Assembly (NCBI GenBank): GCA_000697335.1
Contig: JNEM01012537.1
Coordinates: 1 to 37,908, forward strand
Direction of reading: 5' to 3'
DNA length: 37,908 bases
From: Conidiobolus incongruus B7586
Lineage: Eukaryota
Shown in pieces: positions 1-13,082 of this stretch (its first letter is position 1; every line of letters begins with the position of its first letter). The translations under genes were made by a program, and so were the position numbers. Below the pieces are notes generated by a model, which saw only the letters and a list, made by a program, of their open reading frames with translations, did no database searches and was not told the DNA's origin.

Positions 1-2129
1 AATATAATATTAAAATATTAATAATATTATAAATTTCTAATTAAATATATTAATATAATTTTAATAAGTACCTAAGCTTGAATAACACTAGAAAATTAAA
101 TATATCAGTCTAAACCTTTTTATATTATTCTTAACTTTTCCTTCTTAGTAACCAACCTTTAATATATTATCATTAAGTCTATGAATTTCTTAAATTATAA
201 AAGCAAAACCTTGAAATCCAATACAAATAATATAATAATATAAAAAATGAGACATAATTTCATATATTGATGTTATATTTATTTTATTTTCATTTGAAAT
301 ATATATTCTAATATACTCATGTTTACATATTTTTTAATTTTCGACCTATATATTAATAAAATTTTGTAATTAATTGTAATGCACACAAATATATTTTTGG
401 TACTTAAATTGAAAAGTCTTATTAAATGTTTGATTATTATTGACATTAGATCAAAATCAAGTGAAATATATGAAATTTAAAAATATATGGTATTTAACAC
501 AGAATAATCAAACTCCTACCGAAATAATATTGCAAAATAATTAATTTTTGATTCATTTTTAAGAATTAATGATAAAATTCTCACCATTATGATGAATTTT
601 ATAAACATTAAAGATTTAAAATACTAATCATTTTGCCTTTATTTAATCAAAATAATTTATCTGGATTAGAATAAATTTAACAATAAATTCGGTGTTATAA
701 TTAAAGTATGATAAAATTATTAATAAACTAGTTAGTACTAGACTATTTTAACGTAACGTAGTAATTGTGTTTCAAAAACTATATTTAATATAAATGAAAT
801 TATAAAATTGAAATATTGTTTAAATGATAAAAAAAATATAAATAAAAATTAAATTATCATTTTTTGGTATTTATTCTATAATTAACATATATAATTTATA
901 ATTCATGTAAATATTTTACTTAAAAAGTTAGATTTACCATTTTTAATATTTGTTATTATTATAATTCCTGAATTATCTCATATTATTTAATCTTTAATAA
1001 AATTCAATAAAATACTATCAATCCAATTATTTTTATTACAACGAATAATCCACTGATAAAATTGAAAATGATTATTATACTAGGAAAAGTATACTTACAG
1101 AATATGTAGTTATGAGCATTGTTAAATTTGACATATTGAGATACTAATATTGAAGAATTTCATGATGCCAAAGTATCAAAGATAATTTGGTTTTTGAAAG
1201 TAAACTAAATATCTAATTACCCAGAGTTATGAATTATATTTGAATGTGTATAAAATTAGATCAAATAGCTTAGTTTTATTATTATAATGAGTACACTTTT
1301 ACCAAGTCCATATCATTGATTGATTTCCATAATAAATCACAAAAGAATTTATTGAATAGTTATTTATTTAAATTCTATTAATAATACATATATACAACTC
1401 ATACCACTATGCCATTTTATTTACAATTTTTAATTTTAAAATTGTCAATTAAAATAAAATACAAAAATTAATCAAATTAATATCAAACCAAATTTCCTTA
1501 ATATAATTAAGCATTATTAATATTTGATTTAATATTATTTCATAAGACGATTTATATTTTTGTATTATTGAGTTTCAATAAACCAATTACGTGGTAAATT
1601 TTAGAAACAAACATTTTCTAAAATCGAATATATAATTAAATGTATAATAATATAATTAATTAATTTAAAACCAAAATAATTCTATCAAAATAAACTATGA
1701 TTATTTTCAAATTTATAAAAATAGATTTGAATTGAATTTACTAAGCACTATTAACAATCAAAAATAGTGATTACTCTGTTATTAGATACTTGTGCCGGTG
1801 CCACAGGTCGATTTTGTCCTTCAATTTATTCAATGCAACCAACAATTACAAAAAGATTCTTTATCTAAGTGCTATTTGTCAAATTAATAACAATTAAACC
1901 AACAATAATGAAATAAACATGATTAAACTTAAAAGTTTCCATTAAAAGATATAATATTGTGAAATGAGTAAAAAATTATAATTAACTTTGGTATAATAAT
2001 ATATTAAATTCAACTACAATTTGAATCATTATATTCAAGTAAATGAACAAGAAAATTTAGTAAATTAATAAGAATAACTCTATTGATATTGAATCCATTA
2101 TCAATATTAATTTGATTAAATTTCATTCT

Positions 2130-3060
2130 CAATTCAATTATTGATCATTTCAGGTATTAGAACATGGTATAAAATTGACAGGAGAACAGGATAAGACAAA
2201 TTATCTGGTAAAGAATTGAAAAAATTTCTTGGAGCAACGAAGAAGCTTCAAAACGATAACGTACTTACGACTGATTTGTCCAAATTGACAATGATGTTGA
2301 CGATAGTGAACATAGTTTTTGTTCATTTTTCCCTGGAATCGGGCATTCTTCAGGAAATGTGAGACAGAGTTGCAAAAAATCGATTCTAGCGTTATTTTAC
2401 ATTAGTAGTTTTGGTATATTGATCCCTAAGGTCCTCACGACAGTGCAGCTTCATCTGATAGAATAATGGGAGGAAATTGACAACGTAATGGCCCTTGTGT
2501 CAGAGATGGCGCGACAAATGATTAATAAGTGAAGAATCTTGAAGACGAATGTTTGAGAAGACATTACAATGAAGGTGATAGAGTTGAAACTCTTTGGTCA
2601 AAAGCCAGTATGGAATCCTTGATCAGCCCTGATGGCAATTATCATTACTTTCGAGATAATTTAGACATCCAATACAAACCCAGGCACAAGGTAATTCAGG
2701 AGATGAATGAGGTGACATGCTTGGTCATTGTTTTCTAATGACTCTATGTTTATGAAGCATCATTGTGTTTTGGATAGGATTTTGTATTAATGACAAATAA
2801 GAAGTCATTTGAATGAAAATTCTTGATCAATGGATGAAGAATTATGAGAAAAAAATCCTAGAATCCCAGGTGCAATGAATAATGAGTGGGATAATTATAT
2901 TTTTGACTATGAGCCCTATAGATCACTAAATACCAAAAAGAGATTAGAAGAATCTTCAATAATGATAAAATTAATTAATCTATTAGGGATTACATCAGAA
3001 GATTTCCCTCAGAAATATCTTTTAGATTTTTCTAGATCCTACTATATCAAGATCAAATAA
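2130..3060 (+). pseudogene. Tyrosinase pseudogene, paralogue of 6742..7869
   Basis: Colinear translation matches the intact gene: ELKKFLGATKKLQ vs ELARFLEATQKLH; TYD*FV vs TYDWFV; AFFRKCETELQKID vs AFLRKYELELQKID; LWSKASMESLI vs LWSKDSMESLI; NDSMFMKHHCVLDR vs NDPIFMVHHCFIDR; SMDEEL*E vs SMDEDLWE. Many stops and frameshifts. ORFs 2529..2738 and 2875..3060 are fragments. Ends approximate. Confidence 0.92.
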
Positions 3061-4923
3061 ACGTAATAAATTAGGTTTGCTATTATCTGTTCCTTAGGCA
3101 TGTTTAAAGTGGTTTAATTTTAATATACCAAAGTCAAAGAAAAATTTTGAATGCAATATTAATAACAAGATAATATCCTGAAATTTCATAAATTGAAAAT
3201 ATTATTTTTATTATTATTATATATAACTTTTATAGTAATTTCAATTTTTCTTATTATGTTAACAATTCATTTATAATAGAGAATTTAATATATTTTTATT
3301 TCATATTTTAAATAAGAATTTTTTATTTAAATTTATCGATATATTTTTATAAGAAACGATATCAAGGTGTAAATTACTATTTTATTTCAGTAGTGTGTAT
3401 TATGACTTGTTTAGTATTCAATTATAGATTATTGCTAGACTAAAAAACAAGGATAAAAGTACCAGGACTAATGTGTTTATTATATCATGTAAATACCTTC
3501 AAATATATATGAATATATGAATACATTTTATTTAAACTTGGACCTGATATTATAAATCACAATTGATATTATAAATTATAATGTGAGATAACAATAACTA
3601 ACGCAAAATGAGACCCTTGACCAAGGGCAAGATAATGTGAATTCAATCTAGATTAAGTCAAAGACTTTGAAACTAGACAAATAATAATTATTATGGTTAA
3701 ATCTCTCTATTAACAGCTATAAATAGAATGGCATAATGTCTTTATTTTGACAAATTTCAAATTTTGAAATAGGAATTTTTAAATTAACTAAAATTGCACA
3801 GCAAAATCAATTCCAATATCATTAATACTTATAATGAATTGTATAGAGATGTTTTTTCTATCTTAATCATATACAATAGATAAGTATTTCAATATTTTGA
3901 ACATTCATAAAAAAATTATGATGTAGTATATATTTGATATTTACCAGTTATTATATATTGTATCGAAGAAGATGGTATAAAATTTTAGGTTCATATTAAT
4001 TTGATATGAATGCTTTAAACTTATGACATTCAAATTAATTTTATAAAATAACACAAAATAAATTAATTGACTTAAAATAAAATTTTAAATACATTTTAAG
4101 GATAATTTGATTAATATATAATTAAAAAATTAATATTATCATTAATAACTAAAGAGAAGTCAAATTAGCATTTTATATCTATAAACCTATCATTATTAAC
4201 TCAAAATTAAAAATAATCTAATTTTACTCTATATGATATTCCAATTTTCAAAATTACTATCTGAATATTATTAAATTTAATTTTAAATTATTAGTATAAA
4301 GAACTGTAAGGGAATTGACTTTAATTTTAATATGTTTATAAAAATTAGATTGTTATATTATTTTACTTTACTATTTATTTTTAATCAAATTGAAATATCA
4401 TTATAATAATAGATAAACCTTTTAGTCATATATGCGTGATACAACTCTGGAATTTTATTCCTAAGAATGTATCAGAAATAAAATGGTGTATGTTTCGTTT
4501 CGATTCATGCGCATTATAAAAGAATCTAATAATAGTTATAATATAGTTCATAATATTTTAGATATGTTCCGAAATCTAAAGGATAGAATATATCTAATAG
4601 CTTGATAAAATTAATAAAAATATTTATTATTAGAAACTTTAAAATTAATTATATAAAAAAGTATAGTTTATTTATTATGATTTGATAATTTTTAATAAAT
4701 TAATATTAATTTTACAAGATCTTTTTAATATTGGAACTTAATATATTCAAAATTGTTCTTGGATAAACTCGTCGGATTTGACTGTTAAACTTGAATGAGA
4801 TATATTAGCTATGTTATATCCATTACTAGTTGAATTGCAATCTTTAAATTAGTGAGTGAATGTTTTAAATCAAAGAAATTATAATTCACCAGTTAAATTA
4901 TTAATAATTTCGATTGACAAATA

Positions 4924-5895
4924 TTAGTACAGAAATTAAATAATAGAATAATTCTAATATCAAAATTGAATATAATTTTTAATATATAATTTACAAAAAT
5001 AAATAAACAATATAGAATTAACACCCTTTCATTATTAATAACTTGTGGTTATACTTTTACCAAGCTTCTAACACCTAGATATAGCTTTTTTTATTTAAGA
5101 CTAAAATTTGAAGTTTCATAAACTAATTAAATTTTATTTATAGGAATTTTTTCCTATAAGAAAATTTATATTATATAAAGTAATTATTATTATTTAGGTT
5201 ATCATCTACCAAAAATACTAGATATGGAAGTTCTTTTTAATTTTTTTATAGGATTTTTTTATATTTTTAACTTTAAATAATTTGTAATTATTATATAAAA
5301 TAATAGTATATTTATAAAAATAAAAATATTAATTAAAAATTATATTATTTTTAAATTTTTGTTAAATTATTAGTTATTTATTTTAAATTTTTATTAATCA
5401 AACTAAGTTAAAAACATAATATAAATAAATATTTTTAAATAATTATATTGAATTATTTTGATAATTTTTTAATTAGAGTATAATATAATTTTTAATTTAT
5501 TTTTTTAAATTATAAGCAAGAGAATAATAATAAAAATTAACTTTTATATATTAATAAATTATAAGTAATATTATTTTTAGTTTTAAAATAATAAAATTAA
5601 AAATTAATGATGGTTTTAATTAAAATATTATTTTTATAAACTATATATAGATCTTGAATAATTTTAAAAAAATATACAGTTGATTTTTAATAATATCAAA
5701 ATAAAAGATTTTTGATCATCATTCTTTATTTTATATATGATTAAATTAAATAATAAATTTTTAAAATATTTTGATAAAAAAAATAATTATGATTGAATAT
5801 ATATAATGTAAAAATATTAATTTTCCTCTATATTTTTATATAATTAATTTTTTTTAAATTAAAAAACTTACCATTTTTTTCCTTAGCTAAAATTA
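4924..5895 (-). mobile_element. Degenerate, internally deleted mariner relic (copy C)
   Basis: About 5018-5290 aligns with the transposase 3' part of the 19511..20814 element (ttattaataactt...cttctaacaccta...aattaaatttt). About 5690-5770 aligns with its start region (aaaataaaagatttttgatcatc vs aaaataaaagacttttgatgatc). Roughly 300 bp are missing internally. Boundaries approximate. Confidence 0.75.
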
Positions 5896-6741
5896 TTTTG
5901 TATTAAAAAATCAAACTTAATAAAGTTAAAAATTGAAATATAGTTAATAATGGTTGAAATATATTAGTAAAATATTAAAAATATTTAAAAAGATGAATAT
6001 CTTCTAATTTGTTTATATTAAATCAATATAAATATAGTAATTTTGATCTTTCTACTATAAGGTGATAAATTATTTAATATTTAATAATGCAAAACTTTGA
6101 ATATAATTGAATTTTAATAAAAATTTTGATATGATAATTCAGGATTTTAGTTAACTAGAATGAATTTAATCTATTTAAATTTTGTATGAATGATCAGGTC
6201 ACCAAGATCCAATTAATGTAGTCATAATCACTCATGCACTAACAAATACGTTTATTGTTATATTGAAAATAATCAATTAAAAAATTTGAAATCTTTAAAA
6301 ATAGAAAATCCTTAAATATGAATGCTATATAATAATATATTATTTTGTTAAGACTACACAAATTTTTGCATTATTACAATGTTCGACATTTCTAATTTAA
6401 ATTACTCTTAACTTGACCCAAAAAACTAATTGCCATCACTCTTACTTTCCATTTTATTATAACAAGGTATCAAGTCTGCATTGTGTAGATTTTTCACTAA
6501 TTAGATGCTTTAATTTTAGGGAAAAGTTTATAAATAGATTTTAAAGTGGAAGTAAGATTTATTAATATCTACCAATATTTTTCAATTGGTTAAATCATAA
6601 ATTTTAACAAATACCAAAGCATTTAAGAAGGTAAATAATGGAAATAGCTTGGTTTCAAATTTATTTGCATTAAAATATTTTGTATATTTAACAACATTTA
6701 AGATCTTTACTATTCTATCAAATTACATTCTAAAGTCCAAG

Positions 6742-7869
6742 ATGAAAATCACTTATTTTGGAATATTTTTACCATTGTTAACCAATACTGTAATCGGACA
6801 ATGCAACACCATTGTCAAGAGAAAAGAATTACGTCAATTAAGTGATGATGAGTTAGCACGATTCCTAGAAGCAACACAAAAACTCCATCAAGATATGAAC
6901 ACTTATGACTGGTTTGTTCGAATTCACGATCAAGTTAACGATCGCGGGCATGGTGTTTCTGCATTTTTACCATGGCATCGAGCATTCCTCAGGAAGTATG
7001 AATTGGAATTGCAAAAAATTGACCCTACAGTCTTTTTACCTTACTGGGATTGGTCTATTGACTCTGAAGCTGCTGAGGAAAGTCCAGTTTTATCTGACAA
7101 AATGATGGGAGGAAATGGGGATCTTAATTCCAAATGCGTCATTAACGGAGTAGCAAGAAACTGGAAGGTCAGAACTCCTAACAATAGATGCCTACTAAGA
7201 GAATATCGCAATGAAAATAAAGTTGGAAGACTATGGTCAAAAGACAGTATGGAATCTTTGATAAATTCTAAGAATGATTACAATGAGTTTCGAAAAGCGT
7301 TAGAAAGCCAACCACATTCCCTAGTTCATGTTAATATTGGAGGCAACAATGGTGACATGAGCTTTATGGCATCCCCTAACGACCCCATTTTTATGGTACA
7401 TCATTGTTTCATTGATAGAATGTGGTATGAATGGCAAATGAGAGATCCAAACCGATTGAATGAGTATGCAGGATCGATGGATGAAGATTTATGGGAAATG
7501 AATACTAAAGTTCGCGAAGTAATGAATACTACAGCAAGTGGCTATTGTTATAATTATGATCGTTATGGATCAACAGAAACACAAAAGCACTTGGAAGAAT
7601 CTCCAATAATGAAAAAATCTTCGAATGCTAAGGATAATCAAAGTATTTGGGAGAGAATTAAAAATCTTTCTTTAAAAGATATTAATAATTCAGAATTTTT
7701 AAAGAAAAGAAATCAAACAAAATTAGGTATTCCAGATCCAATTCCTGAAAATTTCATAAAGATGAATAATTTAGATTCAAAATCTGTAAAGGAAACTCAG
7801 GAATTTTTAACTAAGATTACTGCAATTTTAAATGCTAATCCTAATTTCAAACCTGATACTACTCTTTGA
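6742..7869 (+). CDS. Secreted tyrosinase / type-3 di-copper protein, 375 aa, intronless
   Basis: The ATG at 6742 starts a signal peptide (MKITYFGIFLPLLTNTVIG). RKELRQL, CuA histidines (IHD, GHG, FLPWHR), LPYWDW and CuB histidines (PHSLVH, SPNDPIFMVHH) are present. The ORF-track start at 6649 is a TTG. Confidence 0.95.
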   Translation: MKITYFGIFLPLLTNTVIGQCNTIVKRKELRQLSDDELARFLEATQKLHQDMNTYDWFVRIHDQVNDRGHGVSAFLPWHRAFLRKYELELQKIDPTVFLPYWDWSIDSEAAEESPVLSDKMMGGNGDLNSKCVINGVARNWKVRTPNNRCLLREYRNENKVGRLWSKDSMESLINSKNDYNEFRKALESQPHSLVHVNIGGNNGDMSFMASPNDPIFMVHHCFIDRMWYEWQMRDPNRLNEYAGSMDEDLWEMNTKVREVMNTTASGYCYNYDRYGSTETQKHLEESPIMKKSSNAKDNQSIWERIKNLSLKDINNSEFLKKRNQTKLGIPDPIPENFIKMNNLDSKSVKETQEFLTKITAILNANPNFKPDTTL

Positions 7870-10705
7870 TTATTCTATGCTCAAATATCTGCTTATATTC
7901 TATTACTTTCAATAAACGATTTATTATTATAAATATTAACTATTTTATCTTTTCGAAATCAATCATAAACATTAGAATGAAATTAATTAAAGTTAAATAG
8001 TTTTTTCATATAATAATAACCAAATAATTTTAATTTGGTTTTTATCATTAATCTTTGTATGTTATAGATAATACAAGTGTAGAATTTTGAGGAATTATGA
8101 TTCTGAAAAAGATTGATTGGATAATAGATAATTTTGCTTTTATTGGGTTAAATAAAATTGTGAATTTATTTTTTATCTATTAAAATTCATTAAATATAAC
8201 TTATCAAAGTTATAAACCAAAGATATACTTAATATTTTAAAATTAAATTACAATTGAGAGATTTATATAATATGTTTACCATAAATAATGATAATAAATA
8301 ATCAAGGATTGAACAATACGGCTTATTAGATTAAAATTTTAATACCAATGTTTAAACAATATATTTTGAAAGGAAATTGATTTTAAAAAAATTAAGTTAG
8401 AGCCAACCATAGTTGCATTAAAGGTATTAGATGTGTTTATATATTTGATATTGCTACTATGATATTGTGCAGATTAATATATTATATCCTATCGCTAATG
8501 GGCAAATCAAAAAACAAATTTTCAATGATTTTATATCAAAGTATTAATTCAACAGTGGATTATTTCAATTGTATACTTGAACTCGCTTTAATAATAAAAA
8601 TACTTTGGATTTATTAAATATATTAAATAAATTAATAATATTGAGTATATTTCTCATATATAAAAATGTGTTAAATAATTTTTCTAAAGATTCCAAAATA
8701 AGAATATCAAATGCAATAAATGACATTTTAATTTTATTAACCGGTATTTAAAAAATTATATTTTATCTAACGCAATTACCTTTTAGCAAGTAAATAATCA
8801 TTGATTTAAACAAATACATGAATATATTAAACAGTGCCAATTTTGTACCAATAATAATTATTACAAATTAAAAAATCCATAAAATTAGAAATTAGAAATT
8901 AGAACATATAGTATTTGTAAATGAATTTCTATTGTCAAAATTTTAAATAGTAAATTTTCTTTATTTATCAATGAATTTTCAATTGATCAAATCTAAGCTT
9001 AGAAAATATACAACCATCATCATATTATATATATATATATATGATATTTCCTTAATTGATATATTGTTTGTATAAAAATAAGGTATTATTGTTTATTTTT
9101 TTAAATTTTAAATATGATTGAAATTCAAAATTAATATTATTTTATTAATACTAAAACACTCTAATTGATTTTTAAGTTAACAATATAACTATCTTAAGTC
9201 AAATATTATAAGAATCGATTAAATCTCATGTCCTGCTTATATTGATATAATTCATTACTATCTCAACATTTGTTCACAAGCATGGCATCAATATTCCATT
9301 CAATTGGATCATTAAAATTGTTCACTTTATGAAGTAATAATATTATCATATAATTTAGTTTTTTAAACTGATTCAAAAAATATTGTAAAGAAATTGCAAG
9401 TGGTGAAATAAATTCAACCAGTACTTTAGATAATTTCCCCTCATGAATAATTTTGTTAAATTTATCTTTAATATTTTTCAGTATCATGGAAATTGAGTTA
9501 ATTCTCCACATTAATTTAGAAATTAAAAGATATTTTTTTATTTGGAATATATTAGCCGAGCTATTGATTTAATTGGTAAAATTATTAATTTTTGTTTTAT
9601 CCTTATAGTAGTTGAACATTGAGATTTGTAATATAAAATTGTAAGATTTTATAGTGGTTTCTTAAATATATATATATATATGGTTTTTATACATTTTATT
9701 TAGAAAAATTTGATGTATTTTTTAAATTACACTGAGAGGGGCGACCTGAACACAGAAATACAACTAAATTTAATCAACCTAAATAAATGATTTATTCAGT
9801 TTAATCAATTTGAAGATAAATTTTAGTTTTAGTTTATTTGGATAACTTCTATGTTTAAAATAAAATATATTTGATTAGATATAATGAAACATCTGCAATA
9901 AATTATAAAAAACTATATCTTATCAGGATTTAATATACCTTTGAACATAATTTTAACCCCCAGCTATCAGGGATAAGTATGTGCCTTATTATAAAGATGT
10001 CAAACACTAGAAATCCAACTTAATTTTATAAATAAATAAAATAACAAAAGGATTTCACACTACATATTTTTGAATATAAAAGATGTTCACATTTAAGTTG
10101 GCTTAAAAGTGATATAATGATGTCCACTAAATTCCGACATATTTTTTAATTCGTTACATTATAATATTGAACTACTTAGCAACATTTGAAATTGATTTAA
10201 TAAAATTTTTTCTTTATCTTCTTAAGGTACCGATATAATATCACCAAATGAAGGTTGAAAGCACTTCGAATTGACTTTTGAGGTTAATTGGTTACACTTG
10301 GTTTCATTTTATGCTTACCATAAAAAAATTTATAGATAAAAATATAATTGATCTCAATCCTTTTGATATGTGACTGTCTAGATCCATTAAAATATAATTT
10401 GATGATTAGGAAAGATGATCATGTCAAACTTGATTTATAAAAGTGATAACAAGATAGTATATTTTTTTAACTATTTTAAACATTATTTTATATATTTTAA
10501 AATCCCTGATTTAAAAGAGTAATTAATTAACGGATAAATATGGGCATATATCTATAAAATTTTTTTTAATTTTTGATATGAAATTGATATTTTTAATTTA
10601 TATAGTACAAGGAAATACTATTAATTCAATACATTATTATTTTATGTAAAATAATACAATTTTATTGATTAAACATTGTTACATAGCAATAGATGTACTG
10701 GAGGA

Positions 10706-10825
10706 GAGTCAATGTCATGTGACAGACAACTTTCACTAATACATTCTAACCAATGAAAATACTCGAAGTATGGGAAGGAAATTCACCCGATCGGATGAAA
10801 TGATGACACATCCCAATCCAATGGA
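10706..10825 (+). promoter_or_regulatory. PDX1 upstream elements: TGACTC core, CCG-N2-CGG palindrome, CCAAT boxes
   Basis: GAGTCA at 10706 (Gcn4/CpcA-type core on the minus strand), near-palindrome TTCACCCGATCGGATGAA at 10782-10799, several CCAAT, and TATAAAA near 10901. Confidence 0.35.
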
Positions 10826-10982
10826 ATTGAGGATACTTCTCAAATCCCATAATAGGAAAGTCTGGATTTGGCTTAGTAAATGTTATTTAAGGTTCAAGAG
10901 TATAAAATAGGAGCTGATCCAGTATTACATTAGTACTACACGTTTTGATTTATTTCACATAACATAACTATCAGATTTTATA

Positions 10983-12056
10983 ATGGCTACTGAAAAATTC
11001 GAAACCCCCAGCAACTTGACCAACGGAGCTACCGATGCCGCCCCTGCCGATGTTATCAAGGCTTCTTTCCAAGTTAAGGCTGGTATGGCTCAGATGCTTA
11101 AGGTAAGTCTTCATACATCAATTGAAAGCACCCCAATTGATATATCATATCAATCTTATAGGGTGGTGTTATTATGGATGTTGTCAACGCTGAACAAGCT
11201 CGCATTGCTGAAGAAGCTGGTGCCGTTGCCGTCATGGCCTTAGAACGTGTTCCTGCTGATATCCGTAAGGATGGTGGTGTTGCCCGTATGTCCGACCCCG
11301 CTATGATTAAGGAAATCATTGAAGCTGTTACTATTCCCGTCATGGCTAAAGTTCGTATTGGCCATTTTGTTGAAGCTCAGGTAAATATTGTTTGAAAACA
11401 GTTAGATCAAGCTTTGATCTGATCCAACTCTACTCACTTTTTAGATCATCCAAGCTATTGGCGTTGACTACATTGACGAAAGTGAAGTTTTAACCCCCGC
11501 TGATGATACTCATCACATTCGTAAGCACGACTTCAAGGTTCCCTTCGTCTGTGGTTGTAAGAACTTGGGTGAAGCCCTCCGTCGTATCAACGAAGGTGCT
11601 GCCATGATCCGTACTAAGGGTGAAGCTGGTACTGGTGATGTTATCCAAGCCGTCAAGCACGAAAGAACTGTTCAATCTGAAATCAGAAAGGCCTCTGCCA
11701 TGACTGAACAAGAACTCTATGCCTACGCCAAGGAAATCAATGCTCCTTATGACTTGCTCAAGGAAACTGCTCGCTTGGGAAGACTTCCCGTCGTCAATTT
11801 CGCTGCCGGTGGTATTGCTACCCCTGCTGATGCCGCTCTCATGATGCAACTTGGTTGTGATGGTGTTTTCGTTGGATCTGGTATCTTCAAGTCTAAGGAA
11901 GCTGCCAAGCGTGCTAAGGCTATTGTCCAAGCCGTCACTCACTATAACAACCCCGAAAAGTTAGCTGAAGTCAGTGAAAACTTGGGCGAAGCTATGGTTG
12001 GTATTAACTGTGACGATTTACAAAAGCATGAACAATACTCCAAGAGAGGATGGTAA
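10983..12056 (+). CDS. PDX1: Pyridoxal 5'-phosphate synthase subunit PDX1/SNZ1; exons 10983-11102, 11162-11380, 11445-12056 (316 aa)
   Basis: Splicing at GT-AG introns restores [86 protein letters not shown] and the C-terminal RGW. Confidence 0.97.
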
Positions 12057-13082
12057 ATGATTTTAAATCATTATTAATATTAATTAGAACACTGTAATTA
12101 TTCTACAAATTTGACTATATCAAACTCAGACTCATTTGTAATAAATCCAATTCATAATCATTTTTAATTATTCGAGCTGCACCTTGTATTACATGGCATA
12201 TCATAGTTAAATTGACTATATTTCAGCTCTAATAGTTACTCAAAATCTAATTAAACATTTCAAGTTTCCAAAATATTTTTACAGATATATTAACATTAAT
12301 CATAACAATTTTATGATTTGGAATATATTTATAACACTTGCTTACCATAATATTTCAAACAATTTTTATTATTTAAAAAATGAGCTATGTTTCAAAACCA
12401 GCTGAGTTGAATATAATATTAACAACCAATATCATATTTTTAAAATTTTCTATAGTGTGATTATTAAGGTATAATCATTGTTATATTTTTGATCAGATAT
12501 ATTGTACTCCAACAAACGGTTGATACATTGATTTAAATGTAGAAAATAGATTAAAATTTTTATTCACGGGACAACCCGGTGATAAGTCACAATTATTTCC
12601 AAATCAGTGTGGATAGTAACTCATAATCCACTTACTAATATAATATGATACAACTACTTTATAACAACTTTAAATAATAAAATTGTACTAAATTCTCTCA
12701 ATTGACTTATATATATTCATATATCTCAATGAATGATTTGGTAAACTGAATTTAATATAATAGATTTATTTAAAACTTTGATTTATTCACAATTAACTTT
12801 CAATACAATTATAATAATATATTTTAAAATTATTAATATACAATATTATATTTTAAAAAAAATCTGATTAAATGAAATATTGAATATTTTAAAAGTTAAC
12901 TAGTAATTATAATTAAAAAAAATTTTAATTTTACTATTTTTATTAATTTTTAGATTAATCACATTAAAATAAAATACAATGGATAAAATTAATAATGTAA
13001 TTACGTGATCCAAGAATAAGATGAAATGATTGGTGGAGTATGGTATTTGGATAGTGAGAATAAATTAAAATGCTGATAGATT

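Noticed and set aside
3613..3680. Cluster of short palindromes (CCCTTGACCAAGGG, TCAAAGACTTTGA) near CTAG as a possible Helitron end
   Set aside because: Stems are only 6 bp, spacing is atypical, and no other Helitron evidence was seen.
9263..9511. 82-aa ORF
   Set aside because: No recognisable domain, and composition resembles the background.
9731..9765. CTGAGA...ACCTGAACA resembling a TPP riboswitch core, 1.25 kb upstream of PDX1
   Set aside because: No P2 or P5 pairing, no downstream GCG-N-AGG, and not in an evident intron or UTR.
9500..10980. Expected divergent PDX2/SNO partner of PDX1
   Set aside because: No glutaminase-like coding sequence was found upstream.
11098..11942. Antisense ORFs over PDX1 (similar ones over NOP58, PRI1 and the transcription factor)
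   Set aside because: Shadows of biased codon usage with no independent protein features.
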